DNA from: an uncultured SAR86 cluster bacterium
Lineage (GTDB): Bacteria; Pseudomonadota; Gammaproteobacteria; Magnimaribacterales; D2472
Assembly (NCBI GenBank): GCA_902594515.1
Contig: CACJML010000002.1
Span: 128,911-192,910 of the forward strand
DNA length: 64,000 bases
Direction: 5' to 3'
In this document: one piece after another, positions 50,506-60,217 of the stretch
Layout: each line of letters begins with the position of its first letter
Position numbering within the stretch: the stretch's first letter is position 1
Position numbers and translations under genes: made by a program
The notes under the pieces: model-generated
Seen by the model: the letters and a program-made list of their open reading frames with translations, nothing else
Databases searched by the model: none
Told to the model about the DNA's origin: nothing

Positions 50506-51528
50506 ATGACCAATAAATCTAATCCTAATGATCCCTACGCAAAAGCTGGGGTAAATATCGATGATGGAAACGCACTGATTAAGCTCATCAAATCAAGCGT
50601 TAACGCGACTCATAATAAGTCAGTGATTGGTGGCATTGGAGGGTTTGCTGGATTGTATGAATTAAATCATCAGCTTAAAAAACCTACACTGGTTGCCTGC
50701 ACTGATGGTGTTGGTACCAAAGTTACTCTTAGCAAGAAATACAATACTCTTGGAAGCGTTGGGCAGGACCTTGTGGCTATGTGCGTTAACGATATGGCAT
50801 CTTGCGGAGCAATACCTCTATTTTTTTTAGATTATTTTGCCAGCTCAAAACTTGAGCTAAAGGAGACTGCAACAATCATTAAGGGGATTGCAAAAGCTTG
50901 CAAGAAAACAAATATGGCTCTCTTGGGAGGTGAAACCGCTGAAATGCCTGGACACTACACTAAAGGTAATTTTGATATAGCAGGATTTGCAGTGGGTGTT
51001 GTTGATAAATCAAAAATTATTAATGGTAAAAAAATAAAAACTAACCATGTAATTCTAGGCATTGAATCCAGTGGACCGCATTCAAATGGCTATTCTTTAA
51101 TTAGAAAAATACTCTCTCGGCACAAGCCCCCACCATCTGTGTTAAAAACACTATTAAAACCAACCCACCTTTACACCCCCCTAGTGAATGATGTGGTCAA
51201 AAAAAATATTAAAGTTTCAGGTATTGCTAACATTACCGGTGGTGGCATCACTGAAAATATACCTCGAATAATACCCAAACACCTTGCAGCTGAAATTGAT
51301 CTAAACGGTTGGAAGTTTCCAAAAGCTTTTCAATGGCTACAAGAAAAAGGCAAGATCAGCCATGAAGATATGTTAAGAATTTTTAATTGCGGCATCGGTC
51401 TAGCAGTAATTCTTCCTCTTTCAGAACTTAAGTCATTTGAAAATCTTGTCGGCAAATATAAATTTAAGACTTATCGAATTGGAAAAATTGTTAAACGAAC
51501 TCAAAGCGAGTTAACTTACTTAAATTAA
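50506..51528 (+). CDS. purM: Phosphoribosylformylglycinamidine cyclo-ligase
   Basis: 'YAKAGVNID', 'TDGVGTK', 'DLVAMCVND', 'GGETAEMP', 'HSNGYSL', 'FNCGIG'. Confidence 0.96.
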   Translation: MTNKSNPNDPYAKAGVNIDDGNALIKLIKSSVNATHNKSVIGGIGGFAGLYELNHQLKKPTLVACTDGVGTKVTLSKKYNTLGSVGQDLVAMCVNDMASCGAIPLFFLDYFASSKLELKETATIIKGIAKACKKTNMALLGGETAEMPGHYTKGNFDIAGFAVGVVDKSKIINGKKIKTNHVILGIESSGPHSNGYSLIRKILSRHKPPPSVLKTLLKPTHLYTPLVNDVVKKNIKVSGIANITGGGITENIPRIIPKHLAAEIDLNGWKFPKAFQWLQEKGKISHEDMLRIFNCGIGLAVILPLSELKSFENLVGKYKFKTYRIGKIVKRTQSELTYLN

Positions 51529-52173
51529 ATGAAGCGCATCGTTGTACTGATCTCTGGCAGCGGATCAAATCTTGAGGCTATTATTAAAGCCTGCCTCAGT
51601 CAGCGCATTAATGGCGAAGTTGTTCATGTGATTTCAAATGTTCCAGATGTGTTTGGTTTAGCGCGTGCTGCAAACCACAACATACCCTCATCGGTGATTA
51701 ATCATAATGACTTTATTGACCGGGAGAGCTTTGACAGGGAGCTTTACAATCAGGTTAGTAACCTAAATCCAGATGTGGTTGTGCTTGCCGGTTTTATGAG
51801 AATTCTTACTGCAAATTTTACTAATCCGTTAAAGGGCAAGCTGATTAATATTCACCCTTCCCTATTACCAAAATATCCTGGGCTAAATACCCACCAACAA
51901 GCCATAGATAATCAAGATTCACATCACGGCATTTCCATTCACTATGTTACTGAAGAATTGGATGGAGGACCGATCATTGCACAAGGAGCGATGAAACTTG
52001 ATCTGCAAAGCTCTTTGGAAGAGGTCATTGATCAAATTCATCGCATTGAACACGAATTATATCCAAGAGTAATAGCTGAACTTCTTGATATGAAGGTCGG
52101 TCTTAAAGATAATACTGTTCAATTTAGTCATGATTCAGAATTTAAAGATGCTCAACCGCTCCAGTTTAATTAG
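51529..52173 (+). CDS. purN: Phosphoribosylglycinamide formyltransferase
   Basis: 'VLISGSGSNLEAI', 'LAGFMRIL', 'NIHPSLLPKYPG', 'LDGGPII'. Confidence 0.96.
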   Translation: MKRIVVLISGSGSNLEAIIKACLSQRINGEVVHVISNVPDVFGLARAANHNIPSSVINHNDFIDRESFDRELYNQVSNLNPDVVVLAGFMRILTANFTNPLKGKLINIHPSLLPKYPGLNTHQQAIDNQDSHHGISIHYVTEELDGGPIIAQGAMKLDLQSSLEEVIDQIHRIEHELYPRVIAELLDMKVGLKDNTVQFSHDSEFKDAQPLQFN

Positions 52174-52846
52174 TTTTGGTTTTAGCTTTATGGTGCTCTT
52201 CAGCTTTAAAGCTGAGGCGGAATCAATGATTCCAGACTTTAGTGCCCGATACATCTTTGAAACCGATCAATTTGATTTTGAAGGTATACGTCAACTTAAA
52301 ACCTTTGCAGATAAGCGAATCTTTAGTTTTGAAGATAGAGCAAGGTTAATTAAAGCTGAATTTTATTCAGAGTTTATTGATGCAGATGAAATCAAATCGC
52401 TTTCTTACGACGCTAATTTTAGATTTACTTTCTTTCGCAGATTTACAAATTTTGACTTTGATTGGGAGACAAAAAAATTAACCAGTACTGGGCAATATGA
52501 TTGGCAGACAACTTTGATGGAAGCCCCGGTCTATGATCCTCTCAATGTTCAAGTGGAGTTAAGAAAACGTTTAATGCTAGGAGAAACTGAGTTCTCGTTG
52601 CAGTTGCCTGAAATCAAAACAGGTGAATTGGTGGAAAATACTTACGCCATCAAAGGTGAAACTATTTTTACCTTAGAAGGTAAGGAGTATCCTTGTGTAA
52701 TTTTAGAACGCGTTAGATCTCAAGATAATCGAATCACGACCTACACCATGGCAAAAGATCTGAACTATTTAATTTTTAAGATAACCGATAATGATCCTGA
52801 TGGTGATATCGCCTTGACCATCAAGCAGCTCTTAAGTTTTGGGTAA
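52130..52846 (+). CDS. DUF3108-like exported protein
   Basis: Signal-like N-terminus, 'FDWETKK', '[14 protein letters not shown]'; follows purN as in pseudomonads; true start probably a later Met. Confidence 0.6.
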   Translation: MIQNLKMLNRSSLISFGFSFMVLFSFKAEAESMIPDFSARYIFETDQFDFEGIRQLKTFADKRIFSFEDRARLIKAEFYSEFIDADEIKSLSYDANFRFTFFRRFTNFDFDWETKKLTSTGQYDWQTTLMEAPVYDPLNVQVELRKRLMLGETEFSLQLPEIKTGELVENTYAIKGETIFTLEGKEYPCVILERVRSQDNRITTYTMAKDLNYLIFKITDNDPDGDIALTIKQLLSFG

Positions 52847-53401
52847 CGTGACTCCTGTCTGACCTTGGTACTTGCCTTTACGATCTTTGTAAGATGTTTC
52901 GCAATCCTCATCGGATTCCAAGAAAATCATTTGAGCAACACCCTCACCTGCATAAATTTTTGCCGGTAGCGTTGTAGTATTAGAAAACTCTAGAGTTACA
53001 TGACCTTCCCATTCAGGTTCAAGTGGAGTTACGTTAACAATAATGCCGCATCGAGCGTAAGTCGATTTCCCCAAACAAATGGTTAATACGTTGCGAGGAA
53101 TCTTAAAATATTCAATCGTTCTTGCTAGCGCAAATGAGTTAGGCGGAATCACACAGACATCTGATTTCACATCAACAAAACTATTTTCATCAAAGGATTT
53201 GGGATCAACGGTTGCTGAATTAATGTTAGTAAAAACTTTAAACTCATCTGCACAACGCACGTCGTAACCAAAACTTGAAACCCCGTAAGAAATAATTTTA
53301 TTACCGCTGTCCGCATCTCGGACTTGATTCTCAGTAAAGGGTTCAATCAACTGGTGCTCTTGAGCCATCTCCTTTATCCATTTATCCGATTTAATTGTCA
53401 T
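52832..53401 (-). CDS. dcd: dCTP deaminase
   Basis: '[13 protein letters not shown]', 'GKSTYARCG', 'PLEPEWEG', '[11 protein letters not shown]'. Confidence 0.95.
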   Translation of the reverse strand: MTIKSDKWIKEMAQEHQLIEPFTENQVRDADSGNKIISYGVSSFGYDVRCADEFKVFTNINSATVDPKSFDENSFVDVKSDVCVIPPNSFALARTIEYFKIPRNVLTICLGKSTYARCGIIVNVTPLEPEWEGHVTLEFSNTTTLPAKIYAGEGVAQMIFLESDEDCETSYKDRKGKYQGQTGVTLPKT

Positions 53402-53988
53402 GAAATATCAATCCTCCCTTGAATCGCTCTAGCAATTGTATTGCTATCTACATACTCTAATTCACCGCCGATAGGAATGCCATGAGAAATTCTTGAAACC
53501 TTCACATCGCTAAGATGATCTTTAATAAAATAAGCCGTTGCATCACCCTCAACGGTCGAGCTGGTGGCCAAAATAACTTCTTCAATATGATCGGTTTTAA
53601 TGTATTGCAACAAATCCGGAATACCCAAATCTTCAGGAGCGATCCCATCAATGGGTGAAAGTCTTCCCATCAGTACAAAGTAGCGTCCTTTAAATCCACC
53701 TGTAGATTCAATGGCTAAAACATCTGAAGGACTTTCAACAATACATAGACTACTCTGATCTCTTGAAGAATCCGAGCAGATTCGACAATATTCATCACTG
53801 GTTAAAATACGGCATTGCTTACAACGTTGAACATTCTCTAAAGCCTCTTTGAGAGTATCCCCAAGATAAGCTGCACCATCTTTGTTCTTATCGAGTAAAT
53901 ACAAAGCCATACGTTGCGCTGATTTTTTCCCCACCCCAGGCAAAATTGTAAGTGCCTCAATTAAGTCAAATAAAAGATCTCGTTTCAT
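53398..53988 (-). CDS. recR: Recombination mediator RecR
   Basis: HhH '[11 protein letters not shown]', Zn finger 'CKQC...CRIC', Toprim 'VESPSD', '[12 protein letters not shown]'. Confidence 0.96.
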   Translation of the reverse strand: MKRDLLFDLIEALTILPGVGKKSAQRMALYLLDKNKDGAAYLGDTLKEALENVQRCKQCRILTSDEYCRICSDSSRDQSSLCIVESPSDVLAIESTGGFKGRYFVLMGRLSPIDGIAPEDLGIPDLLQYIKTDHIEEVILATSSTVEGDATAYFIKDHLSDVKVSRISHGIPIGGELEYVDSNTIARAIQGRIDIS

Positions 53989-55595
53989 TCTTTAGTGCTA
54001 ATAGAATCAGGTTCAATTGTGCCATCAAATGATTTAAGAATCTCTGAAATTATTGGCTGCTTTTCAAGCTCTTCAATAGTGGACTGTAAATTTTGATTAG
54101 CAATTTTTTCTTTTAATAAAGAGGGTGAGTTAGTCACGTTACCCTCCTCGATCACAACTTCCGGCCTCACTTTAAAATGCTCCTTACATTTATCACTAAA
54201 CTCCTCAAGCAATGCTGATGTTGGAGACGAAAAATTCTTAGGCTTCACTAAGACCAGCTTATTGCCGATTACATCTTTGAATTCAAGCTCACTGAAAAGT
54301 TGATAACAGATGCCATTTAAACCTAATTGCTCAAAATCTTTTGCCCAGTCGCTAATGTAAAGAGATTCCACAGACGCTGCTTTGCCGTTGGTTGCAGAAG
54401 CTTTAATTTTTTTATCTGGCTGTTTTAATTTAACTTCCTCTTTTACCTTCTTCTCAGGAGGTTTACTCACATCAGCTTTTATCTGGGGTTTAGGATTTTT
54501 TTTTTCGTTTATTTGAGGCTTGGACTCATTTAAGGGGTGAAAGGATAGCATTCTCAATACGCACATTTCTACAGCCTGGTAAGGACTCGGATGAACAGAA
54601 AATTTCTCTAAAGCATTAATGGCTATTTGATATAAAAGTTGTAGCAGTTCACCGTCAACAGAATTTGCAAGCCTAACAAGATCCTCATCCTCAGATCCAA
54701 GTTGTTGCGTCATGGTTAATTGGTGCATTAGGTCTATCAATGCCTCAATCACTTTTTGATAATCGACCTGTAGCTCTAAGATACGCTGTAACGAATGGTG
54801 TGCGCCCTCTCCATTGCCTGCGAGAATATGCTCAACCAACTCAAATAAATAGACATCATCAATGGTGCCCAGCAATTCCTTCACTTGGCTGGTTTCAAGT
54901 TTTCCAGCTCCGAATGCGATTGCTTGATCAAGCAAGGTCAAACCATCGCGAACCGATCCTTGTGCACTTTGTGCAATCAATTGAGTGGTTGCGGGATCAT
55001 GTTCAATGCCCTCTTTATCTAAAATGGTATTCATATGATTGGCTATTTGAGTCTGCGCTACCGCTTTAAGGTTGAGTTGCAAGCATCGAGAAAGCACTGT
55101 CTTAGGAACCTTATCTAGTTCGGTGGTCGCCATCAAAAAAATCATATGCGGAGGTGGTTCCTCTAAAGTTTTTAAAAGTGCATTAAACGAGCTTTTTGAT
55201 AGCATGTGCACTTCATCAATGAGGTAGATTTTATAATTTGCATTTGCGGGTTTATACACTGCAGATTCAAGCAAATCTCGCATATCATCCACACCCGTTC
55301 TTGAGGCAGCATCAACTTCAATAAATTCTAAATGATGACCCGATTTAATTTCCTCACATGCCGAACAGGTATCGCAGGGCTCTGATGCCGCACCACGATT
55401 ATGACAGTTGAGGGCTTTAGCAAGGATTCTTGCTATGGTGGTCTTTCCAACTCCTCGAGTGCCACTAAAAATGAAAGCCTGATGCAGGTTTCCGCTTATT
55501 AAACTATTCTGAAGGGCTTGTAAAATATGGTCTTGGCCAACCACTTCTGCAAATAAAGCAGGTCTGTATTTACGCGCTAATACCTCATATGACAT
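53985..55595 (-). CDS. dnaX: DNA polymerase III subunit tau/gamma
   Basis: 'YEVLARKYRP', Walker A 'GTRGVGKTT', Zn module, 'IDEVHMLS', SRC motif 'LSRCL'. Confidence 0.96.
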   Translation of the reverse strand: MSYEVLARKYRPALFAEVVGQDHILQALQNSLISGNLHQAFIFSGTRGVGKTTIARILAKALNCHNRGAASEPCDTCSACEEIKSGHHLEFIEVDAASRTGVDDMRDLLESAVYKPANANYKIYLIDEVHMLSKSSFNALLKTLEEPPPHMIFLMATTELDKVPKTVLSRCLQLNLKAVAQTQIANHMNTILDKEGIEHDPATTQLIAQSAQGSVRDGLTLLDQAIAFGAGKLETSQVKELLGTIDDVYLFELVEHILAGNGEGAHHSLQRILELQVDYQKVIEALIDLMHQLTMTQQLGSEDEDLVRLANSVDGELLQLLYQIAINALEKFSVHPSPYQAVEMCVLRMLSFHPLNESKPQINEKKNPKPQIKADVSKPPEKKVKEEVKLKQPDKKIKASATNGKAASVESLYISDWAKDFEQLGLNGICYQLFSELEFKDVIGNKLVLVKPKNFSSPTSALLEEFSDKCKEHFKVRPEVVIEEGNVTNSPSLLKEKIANQNLQSTIEELEKQPIISEILKSFDGTIEPDSISTKE

Positions 55596-55609
55596 AGCGT
55601 TTTATGATA

Positions 55610-56056
55610 TCACGACTGATCTAAAACTGATTCGATTTGAGCCTGAGAAAACCCTCGATTATAGAGAAATTGTTTACGCTTCATGATCTCTTTAAAATCT
55701 TCGGTTGGTTGCTTATATTTTTTTTCTAACTCATGTCTGAGAATCCCATCCCAGCCTTCAAAGGCATCAATTGCATCAGCAATTTCAATGCTTCCAACTT
55801 GTTTTTGTTGCAGTTCCATTTTAATGCGTTGAGGTCCAAAACCTTTCTTTGCTCGAGCCATCACATACATCTCAGCAAAACGAGCGTCATCTAATAGTTT
55901 ATTGAGCTTTAACTTATCAAGCGTTTCATTGATAAGTTCTTGTGCATCAGGATAACGCTTGATTAATTTTATATACAGTTCACCCCTCGAGTGTTCTCGC
56001 CTTGAAATCAAGTCGAGGGATTTGTTATAGATCAGTGAACTTAGATCGTCATTCAT
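55610..56056 (-). CDS. recX: Regulatory protein RecX
   Basis: 'LISRREHSRGEL', 'LDDARFAE', 'GFGPQRIKMELQQK', 'FLYNRGFS'. Confidence 0.9.
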   Translation of the reverse strand: MNDDLSSLIYNKSLDLISRREHSRGELYIKLIKRYPDAQELINETLDKLKLNKLLDDARFAEMYVMARAKKGFGPQRIKMELQQKQVGSIEIADAIDAFEGWDGILRHELEKKYKQPTEDFKEIMKRKQFLYNRGFSQAQIESVLDQS

Positions 56057-56511
56057 TCCAGAGGTAGAACTCTAGATTTTCCGGAACTTTTAATGATTTT
56101 GACTCTTTGACCCACCGCGAACATGTACTGACTTTCTTCTTGAATGATGGAAATCGTTTTACCGTTATCGAGTTCAAGCAATAGCTCTATCGCAGCTTTT
56201 CGAGTGGCTGTATCACCTATAGCTGAGCCCACAGCAGATCCGACCAAACCACCTAATACCCCAGCAATACCGGATTCAACTTCAGAATCAGTGGCTGATT
56301 GACCGGCAGCAGCACCAATGACAGCACCTGCAACTGCACCCACTTCACGATCGCCAGCAATCACGACTCTGTCAACGTCCACAACCGTTGCAAAAGTTAC
56401 TGATTGTGCCTTTTGCGCAACCGAACGATCCACCACATCCGGACGCTGGGAGCTGTAAGCACAACCGGTAATGATTAATATTGAGAGAATAAGATAGCTA
56501 GCCTGCTTCAT
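56053..56511 (-). CDS. Glycine-zipper 2TM outer membrane lipoprotein (SlyB/Pcp-like)
   Basis: Lipobox 'ITGC', glycine zipper 'GAVAGAVIGAAAG...GVLGGLVGSAVGSAIG', 'GQRVKI'. Confidence 0.85.
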   Translation of the reverse strand: MKQASYLILSILIITGCAYSSQRPDVVDRSVAQKAQSVTFATVVDVDRVVIAGDREVGAVAGAVIGAAAGQSATDSEVESGIAGVLGGLVGSAVGSAIGDTATRKAAIELLLELDNGKTISIIQEESQYMFAVGQRVKIIKSSGKSRVLPLE

Positions 56512-56920
56512 TGGTTTCCTCCAATTGAGTAAAGTTTTTCAATAAATCGTCAGTAATGATGTAGTAGTTTTTATTCTTTCGAATGCCGGATAATAATTTC
56601 ACTTTTAAGACACGATCACTAAATTTAGATTCAAGTAATTGAATTTGATCGCCTTTGATGAGGTATTCAAGATTTCTTGAATCAATAATTGAAAATATAT
56701 CCCACTGCTGATCGCGCCTTGCAGTATAGGTATGAAAAGCATCGCCAGACATAAAGTAAAGGACTTGGCCGTCACCTCTTAACCTGCTTTGAGAGGCATT
56801 TTGAGTTAATGTCCAGATGCTGTCTTTGATTTCATCAAATTCAATTTTGCCTTCGGCAGCAATATCCAAAGGTCCGGTTAAGCTTAGGACAAGTAAAGAA
56901 AGAAGAGTTTTATTTTTCAT
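56498..56920 (-). CDS. Hypothetical exported protein
   Basis: 140-aa ORF with signal peptide, packed in the operon; no family recognised. Confidence 0.6.
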   Translation of the reverse strand: MKNKTLLSLLVLSLTGPLDIAAEGKIEFDEIKDSIWTLTQNASQSRLRGDGQVLYFMSGDAFHTYTARRDQQWDIFSIIDSRNLEYLIKGDQIQLLESKFSDRVLKVKLLSGIRKNKNYYIITDDLLKNFTQLEETNEAG

Positions 56921-56936
56921 ACTTATAAGACCAATT

Positions 56937-57329
56937 TTACATCATTAAGTTCAAAATATAATTTATCAATCCATACACCGACATACCCGCAATCGAGAAC
57001 CAAGTTACTAAAATACCAATGAGCCTTGGAGGGGTACTTTCAGTTGAAATATACATACCGTAGCTATGGGCAATTCTTGCTAAAAAAAACAGCGATCCAA
57101 GCACATGGATTTTCCAAAGGGCTACTCCTTGCATTTCAATTAAAGCCAATAAAATTAAAAAGATCGGCACATACTCAGTTAAATTTCCATGCGCCCTAAC
57201 TTTTTGTAAAAACTCAGATTGATTACCGTCACCTAACAAGGTATTGGTCTTTAATCGACTGCTGCCTACTTTGTAAGCCAGCGTTACTTGCAAGAGCCCT
57301 AAAAGTGATGCGTAAAGTAATGTAATCAT
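56937..57329 (-). CDS. MAPEG family membrane protein
   Basis: 'RAHGNLTEYVP', 'ARIAHSYG' MAPEG motifs. Confidence 0.88.
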   Translation of the reverse strand: MITLLYASLLGLLQVTLAYKVGSSRLKTNTLLGDGNQSEFLQKVRAHGNLTEYVPIFLILLALIEMQGVALWKIHVLGSLFFLARIAHSYGMYISTESTPPRLIGILVTWFSIAGMSVYGLINYILNLMM

Positions 57330-57589
57330 TTGTATTCCCCTTTTAATTTCAGCTCTTTAATGGGTGATACGCCATGCTTTTTTTTATATGCGTATGACCT
57401 CTCAAAAGCCTCATGTTGAAATCCGCTCAAACGTGCTTTGATCTCTTCAAGATTTTTTGCTTTCCATTCCTGATCAGTTTGTGGACTTTTCCAAGTCTGA
57501 ATTTCTGCACGGGTGCGACCACAACCGTAGCAATAATCAGTTACAGGATCATGCAAACAAACTGAGATGCAAGGCGACAAAACGGACAT
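57326..57589 (-). CDS. DUF1289-like Cys-rich small protein
   Basis: 'SPCISVC...CYGCGRTRAEIQTW'. Confidence 0.85.
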   Translation of the reverse strand: MSVLSPCISVCLHDPVTDYCYGCGRTRAEIQTWKSPQTDQEWKAKNLEEIKARLSGFQHEAFERSYAYKKKHGVSPIKELKLKGEYK

Positions 57590-57630
57590 ATCAGAAGGTT
57601 AATCAAAAACCTTTCAGATATCAAAAAAAT

Positions 57631-57658
57631 GTTGAATTTTTTAGAAACGCATCCATAT
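57631..57658 (+). promoter_or_regulatory. Candidate sigma32 promoter for hsp20
   Basis: GTTGAA-N14-ATCCATAT. Confidence 0.6.
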
Positions 57659-57665
57659 AAATAGT

Positions 57666-57751
57666 GTAGATGCCAATTGGGTCTACGTTTTCATTAACCC
57701 GTGTAAGCCTAATGGTTACACATTTAAATAGTCGCTATAGGAGGACTAATT
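57666..57751 (+). ncRNA. ROSE-like RNA thermometer in the hsp20 5' UTR
   Basis: Three hairpins (57666-57686, 57701-57721, 57729-57748); the last contains UCGCU pairing with AGGA of the SD, with a bulged G. Confidence 0.72.
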
Positions 57752-58204
57752 ATGGTACTTAATTTTACCGATCCGTTCCTAACCACTCGTGTGTTAGGGT
57801 TTGAAAGTTTATTCGATAGACTGCAACGTTTATCGGAATCCCAAGATAGATCTTCGTATCCGCCTTACAACATCAGGCGCAATGAAAATCAAATTTTCAT
57901 TGATGTCGCTGTTGCCGGGTTATCGAAAGATGACTTAAGCATTGAACTGGCCGATGGCGTGCTGACAGTTGAGCATGCAGGTCCTCAAGCTGAAGTGGTC
58001 AATGGCTCAAATGAAGTGGTCTATCAAGGGATTGCTCAGCGTGCATTTAAGCAGCAGTTTACACTTGCTGAGCATGTTGAAGTTAGAGGTGCAGAACTCG
58101 TTAATGGGATGTTGACCATTGAGTTAGAAAAGATCATTCCGGATGAGAAAAAACCAAGAATGATTAGCATTAAGACACCCAAGAAATTACTTGGAGGTAG
58201 TTAA
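57752..58204 (+). CDS. Small heat shock protein (Hsp20/IbpA family)
   Basis: 'YPPYNI', 'AVAGLS', 'GIAQRAFKQQFTLAE', 'A.L.NGMLTIEL'. Confidence 0.94.
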   Translation: MVLNFTDPFLTTRVLGFESLFDRLQRLSESQDRSSYPPYNIRRNENQIFIDVAVAGLSKDDLSIELADGVLTVEHAGPQAEVVNGSNEVVYQGIAQRAFKQQFTLAEHVEVRGAELVNGMLTIELEKIIPDEKKPRMISIKTPKKLLGGS

Positions 58205-58221
58205 TCTCTTCACCAATACCT

Positions 58222-58245
58222 AAGGGGGCTGTGCCCCCTTTTTTT
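58222..58245 (+). terminator. Rho-independent terminator after hsp20
   Basis: AAGGGGGC-TGT-GCCCCC followed by T7. Confidence 0.88.
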
Positions 58246-58267
58246 ATGAAATGTTAAAGTACGCCCT

Positions 58268-60217
58268 ATGAAAATCTTGTTGGTTCTTTTGTCTTGCTTG
58301 CAGTTATCTCTACTGGCAGGAGAAAGTGTGAATTCAGGCCATGCTGAAGTAAGACTGATTAGTAATCTTCAATCACAACTAGATGAAACCTTTTATCTGG
58401 GCATTGAGATGGCAATGGATAGGGGGTGGCATACTTATTGGCAAAATCCAGGTGATTCTGGAGGTGCTTTTGATGTTATCTGGGAAAGTCCTGAGGGTTT
58501 TATTATTGAAAACGTCAGTTGGCCAACACCAGAGTTGATTCCCTACCCGCCTTTAATGACTTATGGCTATGAGGATTATGTGCTTTTTCCTTTTCAGGTT
58601 TTTAGATCAGCCAATTCAGATCTTGGAGTCATTAAGGCAACCATTAATTTCCTAATTTGTGCAGATATTTGTGTCCCGGAATCAGCCTCAATTGAAATTG
58701 ATTTATCCACAGAACAACCCAGCTCATTAATTGCAGATGCAATTAAGAGTGTTCCAAACAGGGTGATGCCGGTATCTTTAGATGCAAACAATCAAAACCT
58801 TAACCTTGGATTTGCTTTCGATGGCACCATCAATGACGCTTATTTTTTTACAGACAATCAAGGCGACATCAAACATTCTTCTTCACAAAAATTAAGACGG
58901 CTGGGTGGTAATAATTATGAACTCATATTAGAGCAAGCCTCTTTAACCCCCAATCAACTCAGCGGGATCCTAAAAATTAATGATTCAGGTTTTATCGTGA
59001 TGTCCACAGCAGTTGATGAATCCATCACAAATTCATTTTCTATTAATCTTTTTCAAGCACTTTTGTTTGCATTTATTGGAGGTCTGATACTTAACCTCAT
59101 GCCATGTGTATTCCCAGTTATTGCTCTCAAAGCTCTGAGTTTTATCAAAATTAGTGAGCATGCTCCACACCAAGCTAAGTGGCATGGCTGGAGCTACACT
59201 GTTGGGGTGCTCAGCAGCTTCGTCGCCATTGCCTTAGTTTTAATTGGGTTAAAGGCTGCGGGAGAATCTTTGGGATGGGGATTTCAGCTCCAAGCACCTG
59301 AAATTGTTGGAGGCCTTGCCTTACTCATGGTGCTGATAGGATTTATCTTGCTAAGCGATATCAATATTGGTACCTCGCTCACTTCTGTGGGCAGTAAAAT
59401 GCAACAAGGTCAATCGTATTCCAATTCATTTGCAACCGGAGTTCTTGCTGTGGTTGTTGCATCCCCATGTACCGCACCTTTTATGGGTGCAGCTCTTGGG
59501 TTTGCACTCGTACAACCTACCGCAATGAGTTTAATAATTTTTATTATGTTAGGACTGGGTTTTGCCCTGCCTTATTTAATGCTTTCCATTGTTCCAAGTT
59601 TGGTTGCCTGGCTTCCAAAACCCGGTGCATGGATGGAAACTTTTAAGCAGATCATGGCTTTTCCAATGTTTGCCACTGCGATCTGGTTGATATGGGTTTT
59701 TGCACAACAAACTTCGCCAACCGATCTAGTTATTTTAATGGGTCTTATTTTGGTCATGGGTTTTGGGTTATGGTTTGGCAGGTCACGAAATCGAACACAA
59801 AATATTGGGATCAGTGTGATCGTTCTTTTGTCAGTGATTTTTGGTCTTGCGAATTTAGATAAAACCTTTACCCAAAAATTGGCTGAAGATGATTCACTCA
59901 CCTGGCAAGCAGGCATTGAAGAGCAACTTCAAGCGCAACAACAAGCCTATTTCATTAACTTTACTGCTGCTTGGTGCATCACGTGTCAGGCAAATGAACA
60001 AATTGCTTTAAGCAGAGTCTCTGTAAAAGAGTTTTTTAATACCAATAACATTAAATACATTAAAGCCGATTGGACCAACCGCAACGATGATATTGCAAAT
60101 ACGCTAAGCTCTTACAACCGGTCAGGTGTCCCTCTTTATGTTTTCTGGAAACCCGGAATGCAAACCCCAAAAATCTTGCCAGCAATACTCACAGAGGGTT
60201 ATATTTTAGGTCTATGA
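58268..60217 (+). CDS. DsbD-family thiol:disulfide interchange protein
   Basis: N-domain 'GWHTYWQNPGDSG...CADICVPE', TM 'NLMPCVFPV' and 'SPCTAPFMG', C-terminal thioredoxin 'FTAAWCITCQANE'. Confidence 0.9.
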   Translation: MKILLVLLSCLQLSLLAGESVNSGHAEVRLISNLQSQLDETFYLGIEMAMDRGWHTYWQNPGDSGGAFDVIWESPEGFIIENVSWPTPELIPYPPLMTYGYEDYVLFPFQVFRSANSDLGVIKATINFLICADICVPESASIEIDLSTEQPSSLIADAIKSVPNRVMPVSLDANNQNLNLGFAFDGTINDAYFFTDNQGDIKHSSSQKLRRLGGNNYELILEQASLTPNQLSGILKINDSGFIVMSTAVDESITNSFSINLFQALLFAFIGGLILNLMPCVFPVIALKALSFIKISEHAPHQAKWHGWSYTVGVLSSFVAIALVLIGLKAAGESLGWGFQLQAPEIVGGLALLMVLIGFILLSDINIGTSLTSVGSKMQQGQSYSNSFATGVLAVVVASPCTAPFMGAALGFALVQPTAMSLIIFIMLGLGFALPYLMLSIVPSLVAWLPKPGAWMETFKQIMAFPMFATAIWLIWVFAQQTSPTDLVILMGLILVMGFGLWFGRSRNRTQNIGISVIVLLSVIFGLANLDKTFTQKLAEDDSLTWQAGIEEQLQAQQQAYFINFTAAWCITCQANEQIALSRVSVKEFFNTNNIKYIKADWTNRNDDIANTLSSYNRSGVPLYVFWKPGMQTPKILPAILTEGYILGL

